Of a stretch of 64,000 bases of DNA, positions 47,036 through 57,115 are shown in pieces; position 1 is the stretch's first letter, and the number at the start of each line of letters is the position of its first letter. Origin of the DNA: Candidatus Eiseniibacteriota bacterium. GTDB taxonomy: Bacteria; Eisenbacteria; RBG-16-71-46; JABDJR01. The translations under genes and the position numbers were made by a program. The notes below the pieces were generated by a model. The model was not told where the DNA came from and ran no database searches. It worked only from the letters and a program-made list of their open reading frames with translations. Location of the stretch: positions 1,152,001-1,216,000 of the forward strand of contig CAVXKA010000002.1 in NCBI GenBank assembly GCA_963762255.1, read 5' to 3'.

Positions 47036-48679
47036 TCAGCCCCCCGCTCTCCGTATCATCTGCAGCAGCCGCTTCAGAATGTTGGGCTGCTTGAGATCTA
47101 CGGCCGACGCATCAGCCAGCATCTTCCGGAGCCGGTCGAAGTCCGCGGCGTTCGCAGCCGCGCGCTCGGCGGCGAGAACGGAAAGGATCTCCGGAATCCT
47201 CTCGTTCGCCGAAAGGACGAGTCCGAACGCATCCTTGCCGAACTCCAGAAGCTCGGCGCCTTCGACCGCCGTTACCGTCGCAGTGCGCGGCAAGCCGGTC
47301 AGAAGACTCATCTCCCCAACGACCGCACCCGCGCCAAGCTCGAATTCCGTGGGCGGTGTCCCGTCCTCGCGATCGATGCGCCCCTTCAGCCGGCCGCGGA
47401 CCACGACGTAGAACGTCTCACCCTCTGCTCCCTGCAGGAAGAGCGTCTCGCCCCGGGTGTAGAGCACCCGTCGAACGGAGGGGGTGATCCGCCGAAGCTC
47501 CTCGTCGCCGAGCAGAGACCGTCCGTCGGTGCCGACACAGAGCTTCCGGCAGAAGTCGCTGTTCACGAGATCGGACACCGCGGAATCCACCTGCTCCCTC
47601 TCGGGCGGACGGTTCCGCTGTGTGGCCACCACGTCCATGAAGTCGTTGAGGAGCTTGTCGCTCATCGGGAAGGGGATCTCGATGCCGCGGCGCTTGAACT
47701 GATACCAGATCATGCGGCTGACGTCCCCATTGATATCGTCCCGGCGGAAGTATTGGTCGGTCCAGAAGCGAAGCCGGTAATTGATGCCGAAGTCGAGGTA
47801 GGCGACGATGAACGCCTCGGGCGTCGGCTCCTTCATGACTTCCGGCACGCTTCGCGCAGCCGCTACAAGCGCCGCGATCACGTCGTCCGGAGCATCCTCG
47901 TAGCTCGCACCTACCTCGATGGCGTGTCGCCGCCGAGGCTCCGGCCGCGCGATGTTGTTGATGAGGGATTCGGCGACCTTACTGTTCGGGACGATGAGCA
48001 GGTGCCCGTCGCGCGAGCGAAGGCGGGTTTCCCGCCAGTTGGTCTGCACGACCTGGCCCTCGACGTCTCCGATGATGACCCAGTCCTGGGGCAGAACGGT
48101 CCGCACGACGTGGAGGGACATGCCGGCGAGCAGATTCCCCAGGACGCCTTGAAGCGCGAACCCGATGACCGCGGTGATGAGCGCGGTGGAGGCCAGGAGG
48201 GGCGCGATGTTGATCCCGAGCTGGCCGCGGAGCACGGCGAAGAGGACTGCGAGCACAAGGAGCGCGCGGATGATTCCGAGAAGAAGATCCGGCACCGGAA
48301 AGGGGCGGCGGCGCACGGCGAAGAACTGGCCCGCCACGGCCTCGGCAAGGAACACGAGAAGAACCCCGATCCAGAAGGTGTTCCAGGCCAGGACATGCGA
48401 GGGGTGGCCTGAGATCCAGTCCACGGCGGACGGCACGCTGCCCAGCAGCCAGAGCGCAGCCTGGGTGAGGGCGAGCACGAGGAGGGGGCGCACCACCGAG
48501 GCCGCGATCTCGCGAAGCGCGACGGCCATCAACCGGGAGCCGGGGCGATCCTTCTTCAGGATGCGACGCACGAGCCCACCGAGCGCGATGGCGATCAGAT
48601 AGATGAGGAGACAGACGAGGACTGCGTTACCGCTGCGCGCGTAGACGTTCACGTTGGGACCCCCGGGGTCGCCCCGCAT
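47036..48679 (-). CDS. MscS-family channel with C-terminal cyclic-nucleotide-binding domain
   Basis: IGFALQGVLGNLLAG, NWRETRL, VPNS, IEIPFP; LFLQGAEGETFYVV..G...GEMSLLTGLPRTATV. Confidence 0.92.
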   Translation of the reverse strand: MRGDPGGPNVNVYARSGNAVLVCLLIYLIAIALGGLVRRILKKDRPGSRLMAVALREIAASVVRPLLVLALTQAALWLLGSVPSAVDWISGHPSHVLAWNTFWIGVLLVFLAEAVAGQFFAVRRRPFPVPDLLLGIIRALLVLAVLFAVLRGQLGINIAPLLASTALITAVIGFALQGVLGNLLAGMSLHVVRTVLPQDWVIIGDVEGQVVQTNWRETRLRSRDGHLLIVPNSKVAESLINNIARPEPRRRHAIEVGASYEDAPDDVIAALVAAARSVPEVMKEPTPEAFIVAYLDFGINYRLRFWTDQYFRRDDINGDVSRMIWYQFKRRGIEIPFPMSDKLLNDFMDVVATQRNRPPEREQVDSAVSDLVNSDFCRKLCVGTDGRSLLGDEELRRITPSVRRVLYTRGETLFLQGAEGETFYVVVRGRLKGRIDREDGTPPTEFELGAGAVVGEMSLLTGLPRTATVTAVEGAELLEFGKDAFGLVLSANERIPEILSVLAAERAAANAADFDRLRKMLADASAVDLKQPNILKRLLQMIRRAGG

Positions 48680-48708
48680 GCGCCGAAGAAGACAGGGCTC
48701 ATGACCGT

Positions 48709-50736
48709 CTACTTCCCGGCCAAGACCCAGATACCGTCCCATGACGCATCGGGCGCGGCGAGAAGCGCGCGACACCGCTCGGCATAGGTTCGAGCGAGCG
48801 GATCATCGGGGATTCCCTCGAACACCGCAAGGGCCTCGCCCACCCGCCCGGCCCGAACGAGATCGAGGCCCCGCGCGAATTCGGCGAGCCCCGGGGGCTC
48901 CGGACCACCGGCGAGCCCCAGAAGCTCATAAACCCGCACCGGCGCCCCGCGGCCGACCACTTGAAGGCTCCCTATCTCCCGCGCGCGGATCGCGTCGCCC
49001 GCTGCCGCGCGCGTCGATTCCGCAAGCATCGTGTAGGTGCCGAAGACCTTGTTGGCCCCCTCCAGTCGGGACGCGAGGTTGGCTGCGTCCCCCAGGACCG
49101 TGTAATTGAATCGCTGGTGCGATCCCATGTTGCCGGCGACCGCTTCTCCCGTGTTGAGGCCGATCCGCATTCGGAGCAAGGCACCTGTTTTCGTGCGGAA
49201 CTCCTCGCGCCGCTCCGCGAGCCGCTCCTGGCAGCGCCACGCAGCCCGCGTCGCGCGCAGTGCATGGTCGGTCTGGCTGAGCGGAGCGTTCCAGAACGCG
49301 ATCACCGCATCTCCTTCGTACTTGTCGAGGGTGCCCCCCTCGTCGAGGATGATCTCCGTCATATCCGACAGGTAGTGGTTGAGAAGCGAAGTGAGCGCAA
49401 CGGGATCGAGTTTCTCCGAGATGGACGTGAAACCCTCCAGATCGGAGAACAGAATCGTCAGCTCGCGCCGTTCGCCCCCCAGGCGGAGCTGCGATGGATC
49501 CTTGAGGATGCGCTCGATCACATGGGGACTCAGATAGAGCTTGAAGGCTTGCTTGATGAACCGCTTCTGGCGCCCCTCGGTGGCGTAGTTCAGCACCAGC
49601 GCCCCGACGAACGCGAGAGCGACGGCCAGCTCTCCCTCGACGACGGGCCACCAGAACCCCGCGCGGTAGCCGATCAGACCGGCGAGCACGGGGACGGGCA
49701 GCACGGCGACCAGGATCACCGCGGCGAGCCACGCCCTCCGGCTCCACATGACGAGCAGGCTCGCGCAGAGCGCGACGAGCAGCGTCGCCAGGACGACGGC
49801 GCCGGAGGAGGGCCGGCGAATGAACCCCTCGGTGAGGAAATTGTCGAGCACGGTGGCGTGGATCTCTACACCCGGGCTCACGCGGCTGAGCGGTGTGGAG
49901 CGAAGATCGAGAAGCCCGGGTGCGCTGAATCCGAAGAATACGAAGCTGTCCCGGAAGAACTCCGGGTCGAGCACGGGCGTCTCGCCGGCCTCTAGCCTCA
50001 GTTCGGACTGGATCACCGCCGCCGCGCTCACCGTCGGGTGCACGCCGGTGGGTCCGGCGAAGCGGAGGATCGCGCGCCCGTCCTCGTCGACGGGGACGCG
50101 CTGCCGTCCTACGAAGAGGTTGCGCTTTTCCACGCGAAGCTCTTCCGACGGCGACGGGCCGCGTCCCCAGAGATAGGCGGCGAGACCGAGCGAGGGGATC
50201 GTCCGGCCGTCGACCGTGCGGAGCAAGACGGCGCGCCGGAACACACCGTCCTCGTCCGGCTCGTCGGCCACGTTCGCGAGCGCGGTTGCCGACCGCGCGA
50301 CCTCCGGTATGGGAAGGTCGATTCCTCCGGCGTTCTTCTTCACGACGAGCGCGCCGATGAACGGCGGCGTCCGTCGAATCGCGGCCTCCAGTGCTTCGTC
50401 GTCGGACACCCCGTACACGGAGGGTTCGGTGAAGAGCACGTCGAATGCGACGACACGGGCGCCACCCCGGCGGCAGAAGTCGAGAATCGGGGCGTAGACC
50501 TCGCGAGGCCACGGCCACGACCACCCGTTCGTTTCGCTCCCCCAGTCGAGGGACGCCTGATCGAGGAGGATGAGCTTGATGTTCGGGGTGGCCGGCGATG
50601 GGCGCGCCGAGGCGTGGACGCGCCACGCCCACGTCGTGTTCTCCAGACGGTCCAGGGCGCCTCCCGCCCAGAGCAGGAGGGCGACCACCGCGGCGCCGGC
50701 CCCGATGAGGGAGCCGAAGAGGGTCCGCTTGCGCAA
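48709..50736 (-). CDS. CHASE2-domain class III adenylate/guanylate cyclase
   Basis: WPWPR, FDVLFTE, PGVEIHA (CHASE2); FSDLEGFT, DKYEGDA, RIGLNTG, YTVLGDAANLASRLEG. Confidence 0.95.
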   Translation of the reverse strand: MRKRTLFGSLIGAGAAVVALLLWAGGALDRLENTTWAWRVHASARPSPATPNIKLILLDQASLDWGSETNGWSWPWPREVYAPILDFCRRGGARVVAFDVLFTEPSVYGVSDDEALEAAIRRTPPFIGALVVKKNAGGIDLPIPEVARSATALANVADEPDEDGVFRRAVLLRTVDGRTIPSLGLAAYLWGRGPSPSEELRVEKRNLFVGRQRVPVDEDGRAILRFAGPTGVHPTVSAAAVIQSELRLEAGETPVLDPEFFRDSFVFFGFSAPGLLDLRSTPLSRVSPGVEIHATVLDNFLTEGFIRRPSSGAVVLATLLVALCASLLVMWSRRAWLAAVILVAVLPVPVLAGLIGYRAGFWWPVVEGELAVALAFVGALVLNYATEGRQKRFIKQAFKLYLSPHVIERILKDPSQLRLGGERRELTILFSDLEGFTSISEKLDPVALTSLLNHYLSDMTEIILDEGGTLDKYEGDAVIAFWNAPLSQTDHALRATRAAWRCQERLAERREEFRTKTGALLRMRIGLNTGEAVAGNMGSHQRFNYTVLGDAANLASRLEGANKVFGTYTMLAESTRAAAGDAIRAREIGSLQVVGRGAPVRVYELLGLAGGPEPPGLAEFARGLDLVRAGRVGEALAVFEGIPDDPLARTYAERCRALLAAPDASWDGIWVLAGK

Positions 50737-50758
50737 TATCCCTCCGGTCAGTCGATGC

Positions 50759-51694
50759 CTAGAGGCTTGCCACCGCCGCCGCGAAGCGATCCCGACGCGC
50801 GGCGGAATCGGACGGCGGGGTCGATCCGCTCACGCTCCCCTGAATGTCCTTGATCCGGTCGGACGGGTCGGGATGCGTGCGTGCAAATCCCGCTCCGCTC
50901 GGTGTGAGACGCTTCTTCATCTCGCCAAGCATGGTCACGAGCGCCTGCGGGCTGTATCCCACCCGGCGCAGGACCGAGACCGCCGAAGCGTCGGCCTGCT
51001 TCTCGAGGCTTCGCGAGTAGCCGCTGTTCATGAGCGTGGACGTGATGTCGGTGATGCTCCCCTCGAACTCCTCGGTCAGCTTCGCCAGCCGCTCGCTTCC
51101 CAAGTTCGCCGCGCTCTCGGAGGCGAGGATGGTGAGCGCCGAAGTAAGCCGGCTCTTCTTGATCGCGCGCAGGCCGTCCTTGCCCGCCACGTGCCCGATT
51201 TCGTGAGCCAGAACCGCGGCCAGTTCGTCTTCGTTCCGGCAGCAACGGATGAGCCCGCGGGAGACAAGAATGAAGCCGCCCGGCGCAGCGAACGCGTTGA
51301 TCTCGTCGGTGTCGAGGACCAGGAAATGGTACCCGCCGAACGTCTCCGGGCGATCCGACGCGAGGGCGACGGTCTGACCGAGAAGGTTCACGTACCGGTT
51401 CAGCTCCGCGTCCGCGAGCGGCGGATAGGTATCGAGGATCGTAGCCGCCACCGCTCGACCGATGTAGTACTCCTGCTCCGGATCGATGTCCTCGAACGAC
51501 TTCTCCGTCGCCTCGGCCACGCGGTTGATCGACTGGCTCTGCGTGCTGTCGATTAGACCCTCTCCCTGCGCGATGGACGTGCCGATCTTCGCCACCGAGG
51601 CACATCCGACCATGAACGTCGCAACGAAGAGCAGCAGGACGGAGATGGTGAGGAGGATGGCAGCGATGCCCGGGCGCAACGTCCGCGCGTTCAT
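50759..51694 (-). CDS. M48-family metallopeptidase lipoprotein
   Basis: NAFAAPGG, LAAVLAHEIGHV, YSRSLEKQAD, THPDPSDR. Confidence 0.92.
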   Translation of the reverse strand: MNARTLRPGIAAILLTISVLLLFVATFMVGCASVAKIGTSIAQGEGLIDSTQSQSINRVAEATEKSFEDIDPEQEYYIGRAVAATILDTYPPLADAELNRYVNLLGQTVALASDRPETFGGYHFLVLDTDEINAFAAPGGFILVSRGLIRCCRNEDELAAVLAHEIGHVAGKDGLRAIKKSRLTSALTILASESAANLGSERLAKLTEEFEGSITDITSTLMNSGYSRSLEKQADASAVSVLRRVGYSPQALVTMLGEMKKRLTPSGAGFARTHPDPSDRIKDIQGSVSGSTPPSDSAARRDRFAAAVASL

Positions 51695-52185
51695 CGCGCA
51701 CCTCCCGGGGCGGGCTCGACTTTACCCTCGGCGAGAAACGCGCTCGCCTCGTCCGGCGTCACGCGAAACGCCTCCATCCGGTCGACCCAGGTGAAGTCGA
51801 TGCTCGCGTTCTCCGCCTTGAACTCCGCCTCGACTTGGGAGTTGAACCCCTTGCCGGCCAGCGCGAGCTCTTCTCCGGAGACTCCCTTGCCGGCGTCGGC
51901 GGCGCCGGCCGAGAGGACAATGCGTTTCTTCGTCAGCGCGGACTGGTGGATCCAGCCGGTGCGGCCGCGAGCGTCCGTCACCTTGAGCCAGGGGTTCTGC
52001 TTCCCGGCCACGGTGACGCGATCCGCATAGACGACGGTTGCGACGACGCCACCCAAGAATGAAGGCTTCGCGCGAAGCTGGCTGGTCTTGACCTGCACGC
52101 TCATCTTCTCGCTGGCGGCCAGCACGACGCTTGCGGCAGCGAGGATTCCGGCGAGCAACACTAGGAAGAGAATTGGACGGCGCAC
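51691..52185 (-). CDS. SH3-domain secreted protein
   Basis: Signal peptide; LRAKPSF...WLKV...GWIH; ALAGKGFN..VE. Confidence 0.85.
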   Translation of the reverse strand: MRRPILFLVLLAGILAAASVVLAASEKMSVQVKTSQLRAKPSFLGGVVATVVYADRVTVAGKQNPWLKVTDARGRTGWIHQSALTKKRIVLSAGAADAGKGVSGEELALAGKGFNSQVEAEFKAENASIDFTWVDRMEAFRVTPDEASAFLAEGKVEPAPGGAR

Positions 52186-52215
52186 TGGCGCTCCTTTCGC
52201 GTCCCGTGATGGAAC

Positions 52216-52344
52216 CTACTTGAAAATATTGAAGTTGCCCAACAGCCACCAGAGCAACACGAAGATGAGGATGGTGCCGATGCATCCCCCGCCCAGCTTC
52301 TTCGCACCCCACCCTGCCGCCAGACCTCGCAGAAGCTTGCTCAT
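52216..52344 (-). CDS. 42-aa small membrane protein
   Basis: MSKLLRGLAAGWGAKKLGGGCIGTILIFVLLWWLLGNFNIFK*; AAGGTGG upstream. Confidence 0.7.
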   Translation of the reverse strand: MSKLLRGLAAGWGAKKLGGGCIGTILIFVLLWWLLGNFNIFK

Positions 52345-52461
52345 TGTCGGTCCACCTTCTTCAGAATGTATGTAACGGGTTGTTCTCCATCATGCACCGA
52401 TCGGCGCCAGCTTCTCCCCGGCCGGGTCCACGCTGCCCATTCTCTCTGCGCTCCAGTTCCT

Positions 52462-52629
52462 TCAATCCGGCCGCGTCGGCTTTCGAATCTCGGGGGGGGT
52501 GGCCTCCGGCGGCCGAGGTATCTTCTCCGGCTTGGGGAGCTTTTCGTGGCCTGGTGCCTTGTCGGGGTGCTTCTTGAGATCTTCCTCGCGCTTCCGGCGC
52601 TCCTGGTACTTATCATCCTGTTTTGTCAT
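52462..52629 (-). CDS. 55-aa charged, Pro-rich small protein
   Basis: MTKQDDKYQERRKREEDLKKHPDKAPGHEKLPKPEKIPRPPEATPPEIRKPTRPD*; GGAG RBS. Confidence 0.55.
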   Translation of the reverse strand: MTKQDDKYQERRKREEDLKKHPDKAPGHEKLPKPEKIPRPPEATPPEIRKPTRPD

Positions 52630-52801
52630 GATTGTTTTCTCCAGTTGAGGCCTCTTCGTGAGGCCGACTCCCGAGGATCAGGATCCCCTCACCACATCCA
52701 GGAGTATTCAACACCGGAGCTTCGGAATGCACAAGCACTCTCGGAGGAGGACGCGACCACCGGCCGCGCTTTGAACCATCTTTTTCGAGCCTGCTCGCCG
52801 G

Positions 52802-54390
52802 CTACCGGATGAGCACCAACCTCTTGGTGACCGGCATCCCCAAATCCGAGGTGACCCGAACCAGGTAGATCCCGCCCGAGACGGGTGTGCCGCTCCTATC
52901 CAGCCCGTCCCACCTCAGGTCGTGGAGACCGTTGGCGGAGTATCCGGATTCGAGTCTTCTGACCAGACGACCGGTGACATCGAAGATGGACACGTCCACG
53001 ACCGTCGCCTGCGGGACTCGGAAGAGCACGTGAACCGCTCTCGCGGAGGTTGGATTCGGATACAGCCTCAGCATCTCGCCGACACCCAACATGCCCTCGG
53101 CCACCGCCGAGGCTGGGTTGTGGATCTCGAAGTCGGCGCTGCTCGCGTCCTCTCCGGTGTTGCCGGCGGCGTCGTGTGCCGTGACCTGAATCCGAGCTTC
53201 TGTCGTCTCGGTGATCGGCACCACCCAGGAGTACGAGCCGGTATTGAGGAGGCCGCTGGCGATGACGTTCGGGAAGGTCAACCCGCCGTCCGTGGAGTAG
53301 GCCAGGTCGACCGCTGTGACGCCCACATCATCCTCAGCCGTCCAGGTGATCGGCTCGGTATCTCCGCTCAGCCAGACTTCCCCACCATTCTGGTTGGTCA
53401 CCGTGACCACTGGGGACGTGACATCGGCGGCGGTGCCGGAGTTCGTGAAAATGTCGGCGAACCCGGTGCCTCGAACGGTGTCCACTCCGGCGGCCGCCCA
53501 GGTCGCGGAGATGACGACCTGGCCGTTCGAGACCTTGTCCCATGTAGCGTTGGGCGCCACGCCCGAACCGGTCTCGGTCCAGTAGGTGCGTACATTCGCC
53601 GCGTGGAGGCGCGTGAGGGCAGAGGCGGTCGGGTGGCCGTAGGAGTTGCCGGTGCCGACCGAAATCACGGCGATCTTCGGCTGGGTGGCGTTGAGCCAGT
53701 TGGTGAGAGCTCGAGGTAGCGGAACCGTGGTGGTGGACCTTGTAGACCTCGACCGGGCCGACCTGGGGGCCGACGGTGGTCTCGATATCCTTGTAGTCGC
53801 CTGAATTCGCGCCCGGAAGATCCCCCCCGAACACCATGTCGAACTCGCCGTAGCTCACCTTCATCACCATGCTCAGCGAGTTCTCGTCGGTCGTGCTGAT
53901 CCCCGCGCCGGCCAGGTTGACGCACGTGATGGTGACCGGATGCGCGGAGAGCGGAGTCCAGCGTCACGACCTGGTCCTTGACCATCGTGTGGCGCTTGGA
54001 GCCGAGCTTGTTCACGTACGTCGTGAAATAGGTGCTGGAATAGGACCCTCCCCGATCCCAGCCGTTGTCGATGACGATGCCCGCGTTGACGATTTCGTCG
54101 ATGTCCCCGATGTGGTCCGAGTGGTAGTGGCTGGCGAAATGGTGATCCACATGGGCGACGCCCAACGCCTGGAGCTGTTGGACCACGGTCAGGCCGCTGA
54201 CACCGGTACCTCCGGGCCCGTCGTCGAACATCGCGACCTGCCCCAGGGGGCTGATGAGGACCGCGCCATCCCCCTGGCCGACATCGAGATGGATGATCTG
54301 GAGCCGTCCGGTCGGGGTCACGGCGGCAGCCTGGATGGCCGGGAGGACAAGCAGGAGCGCAAACAGGACGGATCGAACAGAATTCTTCAT
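52802..54390 (-). pseudogene. ComEC/Rec2-like metallo-beta-lactamase hydrolase with Ig and FlgD-type C-terminal domains, split by two frameshifts
   Basis: LDVGQGD, SHYHSDHIG (frame 1); GGDL, KVHHHGS (frame 2); ISVG..NSYGHP (frame 3). Shifts near 53955 and 53706; may be sequencing errors. Confidence 0.8.
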
Positions 54391-54608
54391 AATGCGGGTT
54401 CCCCAGCGGACGACTGGCGCCTCCCCGTTATCTTCATCTTCGCCAAGCGGCCTATCTATAGTATGTGGGACATCGGAGCCCGCAGCAAGGCGTTTCCCGC
54501 GCGCAGGAAGGGTTATTTCCCCCTTGCTCCGCTCGAATTCTCATTTCGCATGACTTTCTCGGCTCCAGTCCGGCCGGGCTCTTCCCCACCCGATCTCGCA
54601 CGTGTTCC

Positions 54609-56885
54609 CTACGACTGAAACAGATACTGCAGCTTCAGAAAGTACTGCCGGTCGGTCAGGGTCCAACCCTCACGTTCGTCGTTGTCGAAGTCCCGGTCCC
54701 GGTACGTGCGGGTCGTGCCCGCGTAGAACACCGTGAACGGGTTGAGCCGGTAGGTGACCAACGGGTCCGCGTCCCAGGTCTCATAGCGATCGTTGTACTG
54801 GAGAATGAGCCGGGTCGAGAGTTCTCGCGAGAATTGAAACGAAAGGCGAGACCGGAACACCGACTGGGAGAAGAGATTCTCACCGGTGGCCAAGTCGTCG
54901 CTGTTGATGTAGCTGAAAGAGCTCGAGATCAGGAACCGGTCGATCGGTTTGATGTCCGCCCACAGACCGCGCTGGGTCTCCTTGCCCATCACCCGGTCGT
55001 GCCGGGCAATGCGGTGACCGAAGTCGATGTTGCCTCCAAAGGTGAGTGCGCCGGAGGGCCGACTGCTGATACAGGCGTGCGTCAGCCAGATGCCGTCGAA
55101 CTGGATCCCCCCGAAAAGTTCGTTGCTGCGCATGTGCCTCAGGTGTATCCCGGTCTGCGCGGCCCGGGACATGAGCTGCACCCCCGCATCGATCCACTCG
55201 TCCTTCTTCACATGCTCGAAGTTGTACTTCTGCGCGGCGGTCAGGGTGTAGTTGATGTTCTCCAGCAGGCCTGTGCCACCGAACCGCTCGATGCCGCCGA
55301 GCTCGCCGTTCACCTGGCGCATGCTGTTGGCCGGTTCGAACCCGCTGTCCGCACGAAACGTCGGGCTGCGCTCCCAGTACTCCACTCCCAACCAGTACCT
55401 GCGCGTCTCCCGGTTCAGCGAACCCATCACCGCATGACCCCAGAAGGTCTCGCCGTCGAAAGCGGCGGTATGCCTGTCGTCGTCAAAGAGAGTCGCGTTG
55501 AAGGAGCTGTCCGCCAGGGCGAGGTTGTCCATCTCCTCGGTACGGGTGGCCAGCACTTGCACCCGAGCGTAATCGCTGCGGGTGAGCCGGATCCGGCTAT
55601 CGATACCGACGAGGGATCCCGACCCGCCGCCGTCGAAGCGACGGTCGGTGGCGATGAGCCCCACGTGCGATTGCTCGCCCAGGTCGTGCTTGGCACGCAG
55701 AATGTTGGATACGCTCTTGCCGTTCTCCAGGAACGCGCTGCTCTCCTCGAAGGGCACGGTGATCACCGAGTGGTCGTCGCGCGCGGTGAGGACGGCCACA
55801 CTATTGGGCCCTTTGCGGCCGACCACCTTCCCGGCGGCGATGGGGTCGTTGATCGTGCGCGTATACGCCGCATCGAAGTACGTGTTGAAGAGGTCGCTTC
55901 CCTCCTGGAAGAACGGCCGCCGTTCCTCGTAGAACAACGCGAAGGTGGTATTGACGTCGATCTGCGCCTCGTCCGACTCGATCTGGCTGAAGTCCGGATT
56001 CAAGGTGGCCTCGGTGGAGAGCTCCGAAGAGACGTCGTAGGCAAAGCCCAGACCCACCTGCCCTCTGATGTCGTCGTTGATGAAGCCGCGATCGTCATCG
56101 AGCCGGCCGGACTGGCTTCCCACCACCGAGGGGAGCAGCTCGAGCCCCGCTCCGGGCTCCACCCCGGTGATCCCCGTCACCGTCCCCCACTTGCAGGGCC
56201 AGCAGCTATCGTCGTCGTCGTAGGCCGCCCAGGAGTACTGAAAGCGCGACTCGCGCGGCCGGTTGCGCCAGAAGTCCACGCGCCAGGTCTGGTTCGCGCT
56301 CTTAGGAAACCGCAGGCTGGCGAAGGGAACCGCCATCTCCACGATCCAGCCCGAGTCGGTGATACGACCGCTCGACTCGAAGATCATGTCGTACTTGAGG
56401 TCCTCGCCGTTCGCCGACGAGAAGAGGAGGTCACCCGGGATCCCGTAGGGGTTGGCGGCGATCTCGTACGCGTGGGTGGCTTCGCCGAAGGCGTCGATGC
56501 AGAGAAGCACGACGTCGTCGGAGAAGATCTCGTCGCGCTCGCAAAACGACGCGCGCACCTCGGCGGGGTCATCGTGACAGATCCAGCCCACGTAGAGCTT
56601 GTCGTCGTCGTAGGTGATGAGCACCTCCGTGTCGACCTCGGGCCGGGTCTGATTGCCGGGACTGTGCTCGGCAAAATTCCCCGCCCTGGCCGCGCCCTCC
56701 CAACCTGCATCGCCGAGAACCCCGTCGATCTCGATCGCTCCGCGCGCCCGTGAGATCTCTAACTGCGGGTGGTAGACGGGCACCCAATCTTCCTGCGCAC
56801 CGGCGAAGGGCGCGGCGAAGAGGAGTCCCAACAGGAAAGACAAACCGAGGGTCAAGCGGGAGGATCGGCAGGCAATCGGCGACAC
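54609..56885 (-). CDS. CBM9-like plus DUF5916 outer-membrane protein
   Basis: IDGVL.D..W, W..EMAVPF.SLRF, TLNPDFSQIESD, YEERRPFFQEG, terminal YLF; GAGGAG RBS before GTG 56885. Confidence 0.88.
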   Translation of the reverse strand: MSPIACRSSRLTLGLSFLLGLLFAAPFAGAQEDWVPVYHPQLEISRARGAIEIDGVLGDAGWEGAARAGNFAEHSPGNQTRPEVDTEVLITYDDDKLYVGWICHDDPAEVRASFCERDEIFSDDVVLLCIDAFGEATHAYEIAANPYGIPGDLLFSSANGEDLKYDMIFESSGRITDSGWIVEMAVPFASLRFPKSANQTWRVDFWRNRPRESRFQYSWAAYDDDDSCWPCKWGTVTGITGVEPGAGLELLPSVVGSQSGRLDDDRGFINDDIRGQVGLGFAYDVSSELSTEATLNPDFSQIESDEAQIDVNTTFALFYEERRPFFQEGSDLFNTYFDAAYTRTINDPIAAGKVVGRKGPNSVAVLTARDDHSVITVPFEESSAFLENGKSVSNILRAKHDLGEQSHVGLIATDRRFDGGGSGSLVGIDSRIRLTRSDYARVQVLATRTEEMDNLALADSSFNATLFDDDRHTAAFDGETFWGHAVMGSLNRETRRYWLGVEYWERSPTFRADSGFEPANSMRQVNGELGGIERFGGTGLLENINYTLTAAQKYNFEHVKKDEWIDAGVQLMSRAAQTGIHLRHMRSNELFGGIQFDGIWLTHACISSRPSGALTFGGNIDFGHRIARHDRVMGKETQRGLWADIKPIDRFLISSSFSYINSDDLATGENLFSQSVFRSRLSFQFSRELSTRLILQYNDRYETWDADPLVTYRLNPFTVFYAGTTRTYRDRDFDNDEREGWTLTDRQYFLKLQYLFQS

Positions 56886-57115
56886 GGGTGTTCTCCTCAA
56901 GTGTCGTGCTCATTGCGGATCGCCCGGTGTGGAGACCGGCCGCACCGCATGATTGCCACTAGGCCGAAGGCGCCCGGAAGGCAACCCGTAACAACGACAT
57001 TTGCAGTTGATCCGGGCTGAGAGGGAACGCCCGCGAAGATGCTACATCAGATGGCCTCGCGCATACACCCTATATCGGGGTCGCGATGGGCGCTCGCGTT
57101 GCGTCCGGGTCGCGC

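Noticed and set aside
44944-47094. 716-aa plus-strand ORF
   Set aside because: Antisense shadow of the 45112..47001 gene. It is Arg/His/Gly-rich with no motifs, and its TTG start lies inside the sigma-54 element.
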